Shown here in pieces: positions 12,060 to 26,769 of a stretch of 64,000 nucleotides of DNA. The notes beneath the pieces are model-generated. The model was not told where the DNA came from. It was given only the letters and a program-made list of their open reading frames with translations, and searched no databases. Numbering within the stretch: the stretch's first letter is position 1; the number at the start of each line of letters is the position of its first letter. Source of the DNA: Geosiphon pyriformis uo1 (lineage: Eukaryota; Fungi; Glomeromycota); contig JAAOMT010000512.1 of NCBI GenBank assembly GCA_016748015.1, forward strand, positions 1,622,893 to 1,686,892, given 5' to 3'. Position numbers and translations under genes: made by a program.

Positions 12060-15000
12060 ATGTCCACAACATCGCAAGAACCGCCTCCACCCATTCCGCC
12101 AAGACCCAGCAGTTCCGAGAGCAGTGGGCAGGAAGTCTCTTCGAGTAGTGATATTCATCAATTGCTATCGCTAATAGATTCAGAATTAGCTGTTTCATAC
12201 CCTAACAGTTCACACAGTAACGGCAACCAAGCGCCCTCTCCCCTCCTAAGCTCGAAACAAACTGATCCTGCGTCACCCATACTATCTACAACTGAGCCCT
12301 ATCTCTCTACAAATTCTCCTTATTCTTCTCACTCTCCAGTACCCCAATGGTCCCCAAATCAATCATATATAGGATACGATCCTCAAAGCGCCTCTTCAAC
12401 TGCGCTAACCCAACCTTACAACCCTTCTACACCCGGATATACAGCGTTACCATATCAATATCATTCTCAAAATTATTTACCTTATCATTACAATCCACAA
12501 AATTGTCAATCAACATATTATCCTAAATATCCCCAAGATTTGACAACGCCTGGTTGGCCTCCCGGCTCACGAAATAATGCCGCCAACGGAACTTTAAGGC
12601 CATTACCACTGCCACCAAATTCAAATTCTTCACATGTGTACAATAATCCATATCCCATATATACTAGCCATTCAAACGTAAATCCGCCGCAATTCAATCT
12701 ACCGCAAAAAATTCAAATGCCAGATTTTAATACTTATGTCGGTCCTCCAACCCTCTCAGATGAATCACATAACGCTTTTACTTTTGCTATACACCCATCA
12801 GATCAATCAACAACCCATCCATATGAGGCTTATCCAGCTGGTAACACCAAGTGAGTATTAATCTCATGAATTACATGAATTATAGTATTTATTCCAAAAA
12901 TTAAAACATCTCTACCTCGTCAATGAATAGTCTCCCAGCCTCTTTAGATCCTCGTACTCTCTTACCTACAGGTTTTTCAGATGGATCTACCACATCTTTC
13001 ATTTCTCCTACGAAAGAGCCAATTAATTATCCTCAAGTTCAATCATCGTCAAGCTCTAAAATGCCCCTTCCACACAGCCTGAATGGATTTGTCGACCCTT
13101 CTTTGCTCTCAAATATTGCTTTAGCTTTCCAGGCAACCGTAAAACTTGGAACCCATCTCAAAGGAGCTCTGGAATACCCAGAAAGTTTTACTGGCTCCGA
13201 TGCCGTGGTATGAGAAAAATCCTATACTGAAATTCAACTCAATTCAAAACATCAACGATATTTATCAGCCCTCTGGGGAATTCATGAATTTTTGAAATTT
13301 ATTCACCTGCCTGTGATCAAAAATAATTTTGAGCTTTCTTCACATATTTCAATACCAGAGCACTATTGAGTCACTTCTGCCACCTTTGACCAACCGACGT
13401 ATTGCTCTACATATGGCTCGGTCCTTGGAAGCACAGCTTTACTTCCACTCGGTTAATTGGTCCAAAGTTACTGTGGTAAGAGACGATGATGATGAAGTCT
13501 ACACTTTTCTAAATACCAATCCCGCCTCACAAACAGCGTGGGAGTGCGATGAAGATTTTCCCACTGGTGTATTTCCCAATATTGCAAAATGCTACAGCCC
13601 ACGGTGCGGATTCGATCGCAGAGGATGTTATTCCAGGACTTGCATCAATTATGTTCCTTCCGAGGTACAATTTAAGCATTCTTTGAAATCTTGAGAGAAC
13701 CTGATTAACTTATCATACAAATAAAATTTGCTTAGGAGGAAAGTCAATCAGAAACTTCTCTAAAACGGCACTCAAGTGTCCTATCTATAAGCCGGTCCGA
13801 AATCTCGGATACCCAGGTGAGTGAGAATGCGCCACGCTACAACATTTTCATCACCTTATTTAAAAGTAAAAGATTCGCACTTAAAATAATTATTAACACT
13901 TTTCCAATATCTTTCAATTTAAGACTTTAGTAGCACAAACACAGGATGGTACCTGGATTGGCTCAGTACCTAAAGAAGTATCTGACAAGCTAGACAAAGA
14001 AGAGAGGAAGCGCCAAGAGATAATTTTTGAAACAATTTACACGGAAGAAGACTATAACAAAGATTTGGATCTTTTGGAAGAGGTATGACTTGCAATATTA
14101 ATTTCCAAGAATAATATTTTCACGATCCTTTGCTTGTTTCTTATTGATTTTTACCACCACAACTTCTTGATTTTAATCAAACCAGTTATACGTTGAGGGA
14201 CTCCGAAAAGCTAACCCGCCTATTATCCCACCATCTCGGTTGGAACAATTTATACAAGATGTGTTTTACAACGTGTTTCAGATTCGCGCGCACAACAGAC
14301 TAATGCTCGAACTTTTGAGAGAGCGGCAGAAGGAAGGGCCTGTGGTGGAAAAAATCGGAGACATATTTTTAGAATCTTCTCTAAATTTTGGAAAAGATTA
14401 TATTTTGTACAATGGCCATTTTCCTTTGGCTGACAACTTCATCAAATCCGAAAAGATGAGAAACCCTCAATTCAAAAGTTTTTTGGAGGTATTATTATTA
14501 CAAACACTAGATTGCATATTCAAGAAGGCTGATCTGAAAAAGAGATTTCTTCTTTTACTGTATAAAAATAGGAATGCACAAGAAATCCCAAAGCGCGAAG
14601 GCTTGATTTTCGCCACTTCGCCCAACGACCAACAACTAGACTACAAAGATATACCCTTCTCCTTGAACAGATCATCAAGCATACCTCAGACGAGAATCCT
14701 GACAAAGAAATTTTGGAAACCGCAAATCAGACTATTAAAGAATTATGTAGAGAAAGTGATACCAAAGTTCACGAGGCGGAGAAACGGCTCCGAATAGTTG
14801 AGCTGGATCAAAAATTGCATAAAAAAAATGGTGAACCTTGTGTAAGTAATCCTGAGCTTTTATTTGCATCCTTTATTATTTTACTGTGATGTAGACTTGT
14901 GAATTGATTTCAAGTTTTATACTAATATTTAATTAACCACACTTTTGAAATTCTTCATGAACTTCTAGTCTGAATTAAGGCTTCTAGATCCCAATCGTTC

Positions 15001-17208
15001 TTTAATTTTCAAGGGTGAATTAAAAAAAAAGCCTGAATATGGTTTAGAATGGCTTGATCTACATGTGTTTTTGTTTGATAATTATTTTGTTATGACGAAA
15101 CAAAGGAAAGGAAATGACGGGGAGATAAAATATCAAGTTTCAAAGAAGGTATCGAAAAACGTCTTTCAATTTTTCCATCCTGCTGAAGGAAACGTCCGTA
15201 AAATCTTGAAACTCATACAAAGCTGGATTCATTCAGATGATTCCAATGGAATTGTTGAAAGTAGATAATAGTCCCGAACAACCTCAGAAAAAAACCTTTA
15301 ATCACATCCCCTTTGATCCTCGTCGAGGAAGAAGTAATATACATTCACAACCCGAAATACCTCCTCCCCTTGTAACAGATCTGGATACTCCTGAGAATCT
15401 GCTACATCAAAAATCCTTATTTCCTTTTACTGTTATTCATCTCGGCAAAAATGGGGGAAGCTTTCAATTATTTGCAGATTCCGCCAATACACGTAAATTA
15501 TGGAAAGACAAGATTATTGAGGCCCAAACTAAATTTCAACTGAGTAAATCGCATCAGCAAGTATTCGAGCTTTTTACTCTGAATGATTCTACGTTCGGTT
15601 CCAGCCCGGTTGGAAATCCTGCTAACCCTACGGGAGCATTGTCACCACCATCAGCATGGAAGGGGAAGGTCAATTGCTCTGTACCATTTGGTAAAGTTAT
15701 GTTTACAAATAATTCTCGACTACATACAATCGGCTAGTTAGCTTATTTTTTGCAAATACATTTTCAGTTACACCTGAAAAGCGAAATATGGTGGCAATTG
15801 GTACGGACGAAGGTATTTGGATGGGATTTGGAGGAGAAACCAAGAGCTTCCGTAATGTTTTGCGCATTAACAATGTTATGCAAATGGCCGTCTTAGAAGA
15901 ATATGCAATATTCGTTGTTCTAGCAGGTCTGTAGCAATATGGTATTTGGGATATAAACTTTTTATTTCGTTATTTTCATATCAGTTTGACTTCAAATTTT
16001 TGTTATAATTTCAATGACACCTTATGAAAATTTTGATAGATAAAATGCTTCTGGCTTACTCCCTCGAGGTAATAATACCTTCATCGACCAGTCCACAAGT
16101 TGTTGGAAGTCACTCCTCGCGGCAGCCTCTGCGTTTGAACGCCAACACTAACGTACAGTATTTTAACGTTGGTACTATTAAAGATCGAACATTTCTTGTT
16201 TACATGAAGAAGAGGGGTTTGGACAGTACTTTCAAAGTTCTGGAACCAGTGGTGGTTGTCAACAACCATGAAAGAAGTCGTGGATTCAACTTGGCTTTAG
16301 GATCTCGCCGACTTGGCTTAGGAAAGCAAGAGTGGTTCAAAGAATATAAAGTTAGCCCTTTTTCTTTACTTTTGCGTCCTCATTTTTTCTTCTATAGGAC
16401 CATCTCATTAATTTGGTTTTTTTTTAAAAGCAATTTTACATACCATCAGAGTCTTACTCTATCAATTTCCTGCGTTCAAAATTATGTGTTGTATGCACAC
16501 GAGGATTTGAAATCGTTAATTTGGATACACTTCAACCTGTTACAATACCAGATTTTAACAGCCCTCAATTTGTGCATGTGGCACGAAGATGCGAAAATTC
16601 AAAACCTTTAGGAATGTTCCGTTTGGCCGACAATGAATTTTTATTATGCTACGATGGTAAGCTTTTACTATACAAACCTCATTATCAATATTCTCGAATA
16701 ATTGCAATGACATTTACTTATTTGCATATGGTGCAGAAATGTTTTTTTATGTGGATAACTACGGAGAATTATCCCGTCAAAAGCTCATTGATTGGGAAGG
16801 AAAACCTACAGCTGTTGGTTCGTCATGCTTCCTTCAGCTAACCATACCATGCTTTTTTAAGAGCCTTTTCAAAAATATTGATCTTTTCCTTTTAAAAATA
16901 TTGTTTTAGCGATGCACTCTCCCTATGTAATTGGGTTTGACCCGCAATTCATCGAGATACGAAATGTTCAAACGGTAAGCAAAATATGAAGATTTTTTGA
17001 TATCAACCAATACTAATGAAAAATATTTTTATAGGGAGAATTAGTTCAAATTATACCGGGTACTAACATGCAATGCCTAAATGACAACGGTTCTGGAAGA
17101 CACGCGATTCATGGCGTCATGCAACATCCATTTACTGATACCTCTTACATATTTCAACTTGTATTTGCGGAAATGAGGAGAACCACTAGTATAAGGGGGG
17201 GAGGATAA
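12060..17208 (+). CDS. Rho1 guanine nucleotide exchange factor, ROM1/ROM2/Rgf1 type (Pro/Ser-rich N-terminus, DEP, DH, PH, CNH)
   Basis: HLKGALEYPESFTGSDAV (DEP), PTGVF...CYSPRC...CYSRTC, ERKRQEIIFETIYTEEDY and QRPTTRLQRYTLLL (DH), FLFDNYFVMTK (PH), KPLGMFRL...EFLLCYD (CNH). Stop at 17206-17208. Confidence 0.9.
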
Positions 17209-18130
17209 GGTTAAGTAATTTCAGGATACTAAAAGCCACCTAGTTTAGGCAGGTTTCCGTTAGCCATGCATTTCGAGATATAGTAAAGCAACATTATTAC
17301 AGATGGTCGTGGAGTTCATAGAACTTACCAAATATTTTTGTATTACAATTCAAGATCACATCCAACTCTTAGCTCGATATTTCTTAGTCTGCTGTTTTTA
17401 TGTATATTAGTATTATAATTTGCTAATGAATAAAAGCTCATTTTAGGGTTGGTATCAAACCTCTTAGTAAAAAGTATATATATTGATTTATTTTATTTTA
17501 AAAAATCGGTTAGATTTTAGGAAGCAATATATATTTCGTATATGTGAAAAATTATAATTTATATTAAATGCAATTTTGATATTTTAATATTCTTAAGTAG
17601 CCTATTTTTTTATTTATAAAATTATTCTCAAAATATATTTAATTAACATGATTATTATAAATATTTATTAAAGTAAAAATCTATTTATTATATATATTAT
17701 TTAAATAAATTATATATTTTTAAAAAAAAGATTAATTTAGCAAAGAAATATTTACATAATTATTAAATAAAATTAAAATTATTAAACTAAATTAAAAATA
17801 ATTAAACTAAATTTATTAATAAAAATTATTTTTTTAACTTGAATAATAAAAATTAAAAATTTTTGATTACTTTGGTCAATAATTCTTAACAAAAATATCG
17901 AGAAAGTCGTCTGGCAAAAAAATATCCAAGTCTCGAATTGCGAAGATGTTATATTATGCCTTAAGATTTTAGAGAATTATTGGGAATTTTGTGCCTTATT
18001 AGACACAAAAACAAAACCTTGAAAGTGTTTAAATTTTTACAGCGTGAATTACTTCTTGATATGATTGTAATTACATTGATTGTAAAAATGAGTCTAAAAA
18101 TTATGTTTTTTTTTTTAAGTTTTGTATTAC

Positions 18131-19205
18131 TTAAAAGCCTTTATCATGCCCTCCCGCCGTGTAAAACAAATTTAATTTAGCAACAATTTTATCTAAGGCA
18201 CCCAACCAACTGGACAATTTGTTTGAAACCAATTCCTGATCATCTCCCAATTTTTTATAAAAATCGGCACGATATGGACAAGCTTTCATGGCGACCTAAA
18301 TTGAATGAATATATTTTTCCCTATTTTACTAAAAATAGGGAATTGAAAGAAGACAAAGGTATTAACTGATACTTACGTTAAAAACAGGACGGAGTAGAAT
18401 ACCATGATGCTTTTTTAATGTCTCCCCATAGGCCTTAGTGAAAGACTCTGAAAGCTCTTCATTCGGATTCTTGAGTGAGCGATCAAGTCCTGCAGCAGTA
18501 AATTCTAGACCTCTAAGAGAGTTTAATATTTGTAAAGGTTTATGATATTTTTAGCAGGTGTATGAAAAATTTTCAAGATTACCTCTTTAACCATAACAAG
18601 CCTTCCGTCGCAACACGCTTTTTCTCAGACTTTTCGTTCTCGATCAAATGTTCAAGAGTGAAATTAGCCTTTGAATCGGTGTTATAACGAGTTTGGATTT
18701 TCTAATTATCGAATGATGGAAAGTGTAAATCTTGTTATATAGAAACGAAGAGGCAATCAGATGCAGATGAGAAAACTTACCTTTATATTTCCGTTCATGT
18801 CACTTTGAACGAAGCCAAATGCAGTAGAGCCCAATAGGTCTAAAAAATATTCACAGCCAAGAATCTGATAAGAATAGGAAATATTCTGCTGTAATCTTTT
18901 GGTTGGAAATTATTGTCTTTTAAGCAATCTAATCACGATAGTAAGTAGCATCGTAAAAATGTTATTATACTCTGGCATTGAATAAGTTGAGAAGAGAAAT
19001 GTGACAAACTAAAAATAAACTTTATCAAATGAAATTGTACATTTTAAAACAAGGGAAACCCCATTGACCCGTTAAAAGAAAATTTACCGAAAAGGCGTAT
19101 AAGACCCTCGGTAGCCTCAACAAAAGGTACAGTTGCAATTCCGTTTTCAGGATCGATAGGAACATCTTCATACGATCTTTTAATGGAGTCAAAATAAGTA
19201 GACAT
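18131..19205 (-). CDS. Glycolipid transfer protein (GLTP / HET-C2 family), multi-exon
   Basis: Spliced translation MSTYFDSIKRSYEDVP...FVEATEGLIRLFDLLGSTAFGFVQSDMNGNIKK...ATEGLLWLKRGLEF...AYGETLKKHHG...AMKACPYRADFYKKLG...GF* carries the GLTP D-N-K-W-R-H binding residues. Not in the ORF track. Confidence 0.92.
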
Positions 19206-19365
19206 TTTTCCAACGAGAAAAATTTATATATATAAAAGAAGGGAGTAAAAGTAACGAAAGATAATTGATGGTGTATTAATGTTCCAAGTAAGGTTAATCT
19301 GTATGTAAATTGTCAAAAAATTTATTTATAATTAACAATTTAAAATTTTAATACGATAATAATTG

Positions 19366-19367
<2 letters not shown>

Positions 19368-19410
<43 letters not shown>
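19368..19410. repeat. (TTA)n microsatellite, about 14 units
   Basis: Perfect ttattatta... run. A shorter one lies near 20070-20094. Confidence 0.9.
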
Positions 19411-19411
<1 letters not shown>

Positions 19412-21243
19412 TTTTATTTTTATTATTAAATTAAAAAATCAATAAATCAGTAAATAATTATAAATTATCATTAAATTCATTTTGTTAATATCCAATTTTT
19501 AAAATCAATAAATATTTTTTTTGTATATTTCTTTTTTATAATTTTTTATAATTATATATTGTGTATTTTTATATATTAATTAAAGTGAAATCATTATGGC
19601 ACCTCAATAGGTTGTCACGTGGGTGCTATTCCGGATTTCCATATAAACACAATTAGTTACAACCGATGTGATGCTTATTTATCACACTCAGACCCTTCGA
19701 AGTTCTATAAAACAAATGGCTTAAAATCTAATTTATCGATTTCAAATTATTTATATTTGTTTAATGTCCCACAGAGTTATCGTTCTTTTGATCAAAGATA
19801 CTCTGGATCCTAAACTTTCAAAATATTGTTTTTTCAATATCTCTTAAAAGTATATATAATAGTAAAGAGATTTATCCCAAAGACTTTTCCAGCATTTTTG
19901 GTCTTTTTTTTTTCAATAAACTAAAAAATTTCCCACTCTGATATAATTTAAATATAAATATAAATATAAACCCTCCCTTCCCCACTTTTTTATCTTTTGA
20001 TTCATTTCAGTTTTTATAAAAATTTTTTTATTTTTAAAAAAATCTATAGTTACCAAACTTTCCAACGCTTATTATTATTATTATTATTATTATTCGCCTA
20101 TTTTTATCAATGAAACGATATGGCCATGATAGGCAGATTCAAAGACAATCATCGGGATTAAAAAAAAATATATATATATTATAAATATGAGATAAAATTT
20201 TTAAGAACCAGCATTCTTCCCTTTTAAAAATTTTTATATTCTCTTCGTCTCTTTACTCTTTGTTACTACATCTTTTTTCTTCAGATACACAAATTATCTG
20301 ATGAGTTATCCTCGTATCTTTCTTATTTACTCTTCTATGTGTGTGTCACGGTGTTACCAAAATAACGAGAGAGAAACTTTACAAAATAAAAATAAAAATA
20401 AAAATAAAAAGGTAATCGTATATTAATATTTTATGTCTAATTGAAATAGAACTAATTAAAATTATAAAAAAAGAATCTTCCTCTCATCATTCTAATCATT
20501 CATCATTTCAAACCTTTTAGAAATATCACGACTTAACTACCCGTGATTTCTCTTAATGATAAATTTGGAGCCCGCTTCAACAACGATTAGTCAAAAATGC
20601 CTTTGGTTTTTCAGGAAACTCTTGGTGACGTAAAAAAAATCTCGTTACCGAATTGGTCAGTGTGCGATTTTCAAATTGATAATGCCAGAGAAAAAATTTA
20701 CTCTATATATCTAAGCTCCCAACACTATTACTCGGCTGCCTTTTCAGATATTTGGTTATTATCCAACACATTCTTATTACGCTAGCATAACTCACCCACT
20801 CACTCACCAACCCACCTACCCACCCTTGACCCTGGCTATTCCTACTTAAATTTCTTGTGTTCTATAAAAAAAAGCCTGTTGGCCTTTTCTTTTTTTCCTT
20901 TTTCTATCTCCCACCCTTTTTTCTTCCTTTCTTTTCATTCCTAGCTGGAAAAGTTTTTTAACTCAAAGGGAAGTGAAGTCGAGTAAAGCTTCTTCTCCAA
21001 TTGGAATGTAAGTAGGAAGATCAACTATCTATTGTTATTTTCACTGTTACATCACCACCTTTTCCTTTTTGTCTCTGCTTCACTCACTATCCCCCACGCT
21101 GCTTAAACTTATAAACTTCACTCAATTCTCTCTCACACGTCGTTGCGCGTTTTCTTTTACTGGGCTTCCCAACCAACCAACCACAACATCTCCGTAGGCC
21201 GAGCAAAAACAAAACACTCACAAAACTAAGAGCAAAAGACAAA

Positions 21244-22956
21244 ATGGAAGAAGTTGTTCGTTGTGTTTGCGGCCAAACCAGTAAATATGCTGTTTATTTT
21301 ATCTATCAACAAATCTCTCGTTTTAACACCTTCAACTAAATACTTACGTTACATAATTATTCCAACAACTTCTCCCTCACTTTGAAAATTTCCAGAGAAC
21401 GACGATTTACCTATGGTTGCTTGCGACCAATGTTTCGTTTGGCAACACATGGAGTGCACTGATTACAAAGACGGACCAAACGAATACCTTTGTGAAGAAT
21501 GCGCACCTTCACAACACCCTTATAAACAACTTGGTTTTAAAACGTAAGAAAAACTTCGTTACTCAAATTTTCGTGGTTACCTAGGAAAGAAATTACTTTC
21601 ATATAGCGCATTTCTCAAAACTTACTCCCTATATTATTGACCTCTCCTGCACCTCTTCGCTTATTCTTTATAGTCACCTGGAATATTTAAGAGGGAAAAG
21701 TCAGCCCATGCAAGTACACAGACCGGAGCAAGAGCCAGCTGTCAATGGGAGACGTCGCTCCAGTGTTCGGTCCCATTCTTACATATATTCTGACAACGCT
21801 TATGAACCCCCACTGACACGTCCTTCAAATAACGTGAGAAAGAATAACAACTCCAGGCATATCGAGCCGAATAGTTATCCGGTTAAAACTTCAAAACGAA
21901 GAGCTTCGGTTAGCTCTTACAGTGAAATAGACGATGGTCACAGAGGGAATAGCAGTCACTCGTCTTCTTCAAAAACCTATCGAAAACCTAACTCAAAAAA
22001 ACGTCAAAGGCAATCAAAAAATGCCAGTAGCTCTGATATAGAAGCTATGTCAGAGGCTGAAGAGTATTATGAAATTAGCGACGTTCAGTCAGAAAACAAA
22101 CCTTCTCCAGCTCCCACAGAAATTCTTCCCCACGGAAATGAAGTCAAACATGAAGACCGGGATAAAGGTATATCTTTTTTCTATCAATGTTTACTCGTAC
22201 ATTTTTGGTGCCAAATTTAGCATAATTTGTTAAAGATTGAGTTTGATGAAAAAGCTGAAACGAAATGTTTGATAAGGACAAGATTATTGTCAAAAATACT
22301 TGCATATACGGTGGGTGAAAAGCTGCAAAGCAACCATTTATATGGCTTTTTAAGTCCAATATTCTCTTATCCATATATTGAGGGTTGGAATTTACATGGG
22401 TTTTTTTTGAATATCTCCTACTAAAAATTGATTTACTTATCAAATTATGAATTTTTTTTCACTATTCCTTCACTGCTTAATAGAAACTAGAAGAACAAAA
22501 TCAAAAAAAGGCAATTCCAGATTATCGGCGTTCGCCCCAGAAAACCTGACTATTGAGCAAATGTTGGAAAGAGTTCGACGTATGGCGCAATATGTTACCC
22601 GATTCGAAATTGAACATGCCAAAAAAAATTGCTCAGGCTATGATGACGAAGACAACCAAATTTCAAGTATAAAGCTTACGTCAACAAAGTCTGGTAGCAC
22701 AGGTCCTTTAATCACCTTCGTTTTTACTCCATCCCCGAGTGAACATGGAATGACACCAGAATCATTTTTAGTTTCCTCGCCGATTGAAAGCAACGGAATG
22801 AATAGTCCACCACTCACCGATTCCTCGGATAAGGAGTCAACATCCTTGATAGATCAATGTGAAGATCTAATGCGGCAAATCACTCGCTTCGAACAAACTT
22901 ATGGGGATAGTTCGCCCGAAGTTGAACCTTTCAAAAAAAATTTAAAAGTAATATGA
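21244..22956 (+). CDS. PHD-finger protein, Cti6-like (Rpd3L HDAC complex subunit), multi-exon
   Basis: MEEVVRCVCG / MVACDQCFVWQHMEC...YLCEECAP forms a C4HC3 PHD. A low-complexity middle is followed by TIEQMLERVRRMAQYVTR and a C-terminal EDLMRQITRFEQTYG helix, the Cti6 layout. A possible 5'UTR intron lies at 21008-21197. Confidence 0.75.
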
Positions 22957-23874
22957 TATTGAGCAGTAATTTGGGCCCTTGGCCTATTCAATATATACTC
23001 ATCACTACTTCTGCCTTTCAGTATTTTCCCTTTTCCTGTTCAAGGTCCCGCATCTTCCCCCCTCCCCCAACCTCTCATTTCGGCATTTTTTAATATAATG
23101 TCTCGCATGACTGTATTCTCAATCCTTTCTCTTCTTTTTTTATGTTTTCGTAATCATCAATTTCTACATAATCACCCTTTTTTTCTATTTCGGCCACCAG
23201 CTGTCTTAGTGAAAGATTCTCAGAATAGTGAGCCTTTATATTTGTAAATACGTATTCATTTCACCTTCTCCCTTGCTTCTGTCACCTACCCTTTATTCTG
23301 TGTGCTTGTAGACTTGGATTTGCACAATAGAAATAAAAAGCAAAACTGGACTACTATACATAATATGAAAATTTACCTAGTCAATACGCTTATTTTTGAA
23401 AATTTTCAGATTAAAAATTAATTTCGACCACTTAACCTTGATTGGAAATTTAATATTAGTGGTAAACGCGCGTGAGATCCCACCTTTGAAAATCACTGCA
23501 TAACGTGGCAAACGTTTACCCAAGATCGAACTCAAATAAAGTCTGATCATCATAATAAAAAAAAAGATGATCATGCTTAGGAAAGTTAAACCTAATTAAA
23601 TCAGACATTGTGGCTTGAATTTAATCTGTGATACTGACTGTTTGAAATCAAGATTATATCGATCATTATGTCACCATCTTGAAATCTCGATGCTCAAATA
23701 TCTAATAAATATATAACATGCTTTTTTATCTGGAGGCAGTTTAAAACTTGTGCTTTGTTTTACATTGCTTTTTGGATTCGGGACATTTTGTTGTTAGAAC
23801 CTTAAAGATAAACCTTCAACGTATCCACAAAAGCCGACATACCTATTTGTGATTTTTCAAGTGTTTTGCATTAT

Positions 23875-26470
23875 TCAAATAACATTTGCAACTAATCTAA
23901 TCAATCCAGGCAATGGGTTTTCATATCCCTCATTCGGTGTAATTAATTCGTCAGGTTCTTCCTCTGAAGAGAATCCAGACGCAATTGAGGATAATTCAGA
24001 TAAAGAAGCGTCTTTTGAAGATTCATCCATTCGAATATCATTGTCCAAATGAGTATTGTCCGAGATTTCAAATTTTCCAAGAGTTTCTATAGATGAAGAT
24101 AAGCCTGATTCTTCTTGATCACTTAACTGTCCCATATCACTTCCACTAAAGTTTGTCTGAGAACTTACAGCTGTATTACTGGAACTATTTTCGCCCTCAC
24201 AATTAACCTCAGCTTGAGTTTCGTTGCGTTTACTTCGTTTATGTGATTTATGCTTTACATTTTCTCTACCTTTTTGAATTGCACGCTCAATTCGTAATCG
24301 ATTCGAAATCATATGAAGCTTAGGCCAGGTGACGCGAAGGCCTGTAGTAATCATTCGGCTTAAACGTTCAGGGTCAGGGTCCGTGAGAAGGTAAAACCAG
24401 TCTGAAATGGTCGATTTTGGCCATACTGTCACACTTCCGTCAAATCTTTGTAGCCAAATAGAACTCCAATCCTGATCGGCAAGTTTGGGCAAAAGTTCTA
24501 AATCTCTCATGACCTTTAGCCACTTACTAAGATCTAGCTTTAAGTATTGCTCAATGCTGGCCGCAATGAAGCCACCACGCCATCCTCGTCCATGACGATG
24601 ACTCACAGGTCGACCAACAGTCCCACGTGGGGCATAGAAAAACAAATGTATATGAGGATTGACTTGAGAAACGATTGTAAATTTTACGTTGAAATGCATA
24701 TTTAGAGCTTGAACAGGAATATCAGTACGTAGAGACCCATCTTTCCACTTGTGTCCATAATTGTAAGGAATAACTGTACCATCCTTTGTTTTTTGCATTA
24801 ACACGACCTAAAAACATAATAAAAATATTCGAAATTATACCATACAACTGTGTCAACTCTGAAATTTTTTAAAAATGCTTACTGGATTAAGTATCCCAGG
24901 GACAGCTGCAGAGGCAATTACTACGATGTAGATGATCGATTAATACCTTTTTTTATGCCGTAAAAACTTGAATAATTCAAAGATATTCAAATTACCAGCA
25001 GACCATATAACACAATCCGGTGCAGTCACATAGTTTAAGGATTTGGGAGGGGAGTGCGGATCATGTGGAATTACCGAAATATTCAAGATTCTTCCGGTAC
25101 GCTCATATGCCTCCCGAAAAGTCAAACTCCCTTTGGTTAACCATTGAACCTTTCGAGCCCAATCGCAAGCATCAAATCGAGCTCCAGTTAACAGAAATCT
25201 TTTGAACCATACTGGGGTCGAGTCTGAGCAAGCAGTAAGACGACAATGTAATTCGGGTCGCAAAACTTGATCTATCTCTTCATCTGTCCTCACACATATC
25301 ATTGCAGCGATTAATCCACCCGCACTGGTACCGGTGATTACTGATGGTAAAAGATTTGCATCAAATAGAGCTCTCACAACGCCAAGATGGTAATATCCAA
25401 AACTTGCACCACCACTGAGGCAAAGTGCTGTACGGCCATAATTTTTGTAAGCGTGGTTAAAGAGATGTCTTTTTTCATTATAGGATAAGGTTTTGCTCAA
25501 ACGTACAGACTCGAGTGACAGGGTTACTAAAAATCCAATAAAACCATTCACTTAAGAAATTTAGTGTCTATGAAATGGGAGAATTTCCAATACTAACCTT
25601 CATCAATATACGTTTCCACAACTTTTTTAGTTCCATAATAAGTGTGTGAATATAAACGAACATTCTCGACGCCTCCAAAATTACTTTTAATGCAATGCAG
25701 AAGAACGCTTTTCAAACGTTGGGAATTTTCATTAAGACCTTGCCGCAAATTCTGAATGTCGAAATTGACTTTCCGTAAAAGATTGAAATCGTAGAATCCA
25801 AATGGTATCTCATACTTCCATTCATCATATCCTAGATGGGAATCAAGTTGCTTCGCAGCTTCGATCCATTCTTCGTAAGTAGTAGAGCGACGAAGCATTT
25901 CTCTTAGTTTTCGTTTTTCTCCTCGCCTTTCAATGAAATAAATTCAAAAATGTTGGATTCTTTTTCGAAAGAGAAAAGAGGATAATTTAAGTTTTGATCT
26001 AAAATCTTACCATTGAATAAAATATTCCCAAAGATTGACGATTTGTCTTACAGCGACATATAGAAGCATCTCTAAGGATATAATCGAAAATATCAAGAGC
26101 TATAAAATTCAAAATGTGGAACAAAATTTAACCTTTTCGCATTGTTTTTAAATCAAAAGTAATCCTTCAAAAATAAATTGACATGAAACTTTACAATGAA
26201 GGGAAAGCGTAGAACGTGATAGGTGAATCCATCAAATCCTCTAGGGACCTTCTGCTTATTTTTAATCTTTTGTTTAATTGGCATGAAATCGGTCATTGCA
26301 GAAATATGTTCTGTTGAGTCATCGTTAGGATCTTCGGCGAGTGCCTTTGCAAATGCAGCAACGTGGTTTTCATTCACGTAATCAGCCGTGAACTCATTTG
26401 GAACTTGCAATTCATGAACTTTCGAGTGTTTTTTGTTTTTTGCAATCAAATTTTTCTTGTACACAACCAT
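23875..26470 (-). CDS. Patatin-like phospholipase / triacylglycerol lipase (TGL3/4/5-like, DUF3336 + patatin), multi-exon
   Basis: TYEEWIEAAKQLD (DUF3336), GRTALCLSGGASFG (oxyanion hole), GTSAG (nucleophile), WKDGSLRTDIP and IVSQVNPH. Confidence 0.92.
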
Positions 26471-26769
26471 TGTCTAATGATTATGAATCTTATAATTTGA
26501 GAAAGGTCAGGAACTTTGATATTCAAGAACTTCCGAAATTCGAATTTACAATACGCGCTTGCGGGCAGGTTTTAATTGAATGTGATCAGCTATTTTTGGA
26601 ACTGCAGAAAGTTAAAAATATATTGTTGGGGTTGGGGAATGCGTCGCAATATGACCCATGACGTAATGTGGGCAGCTGCGGTGTTACTGTCACGAGTAGT
26701 AGAGACTTGTGATTGTGATGAGGCTTTTTTTTTCACAACTCGCGTGGCAAAAAAGTGAACTTGTGTCCA

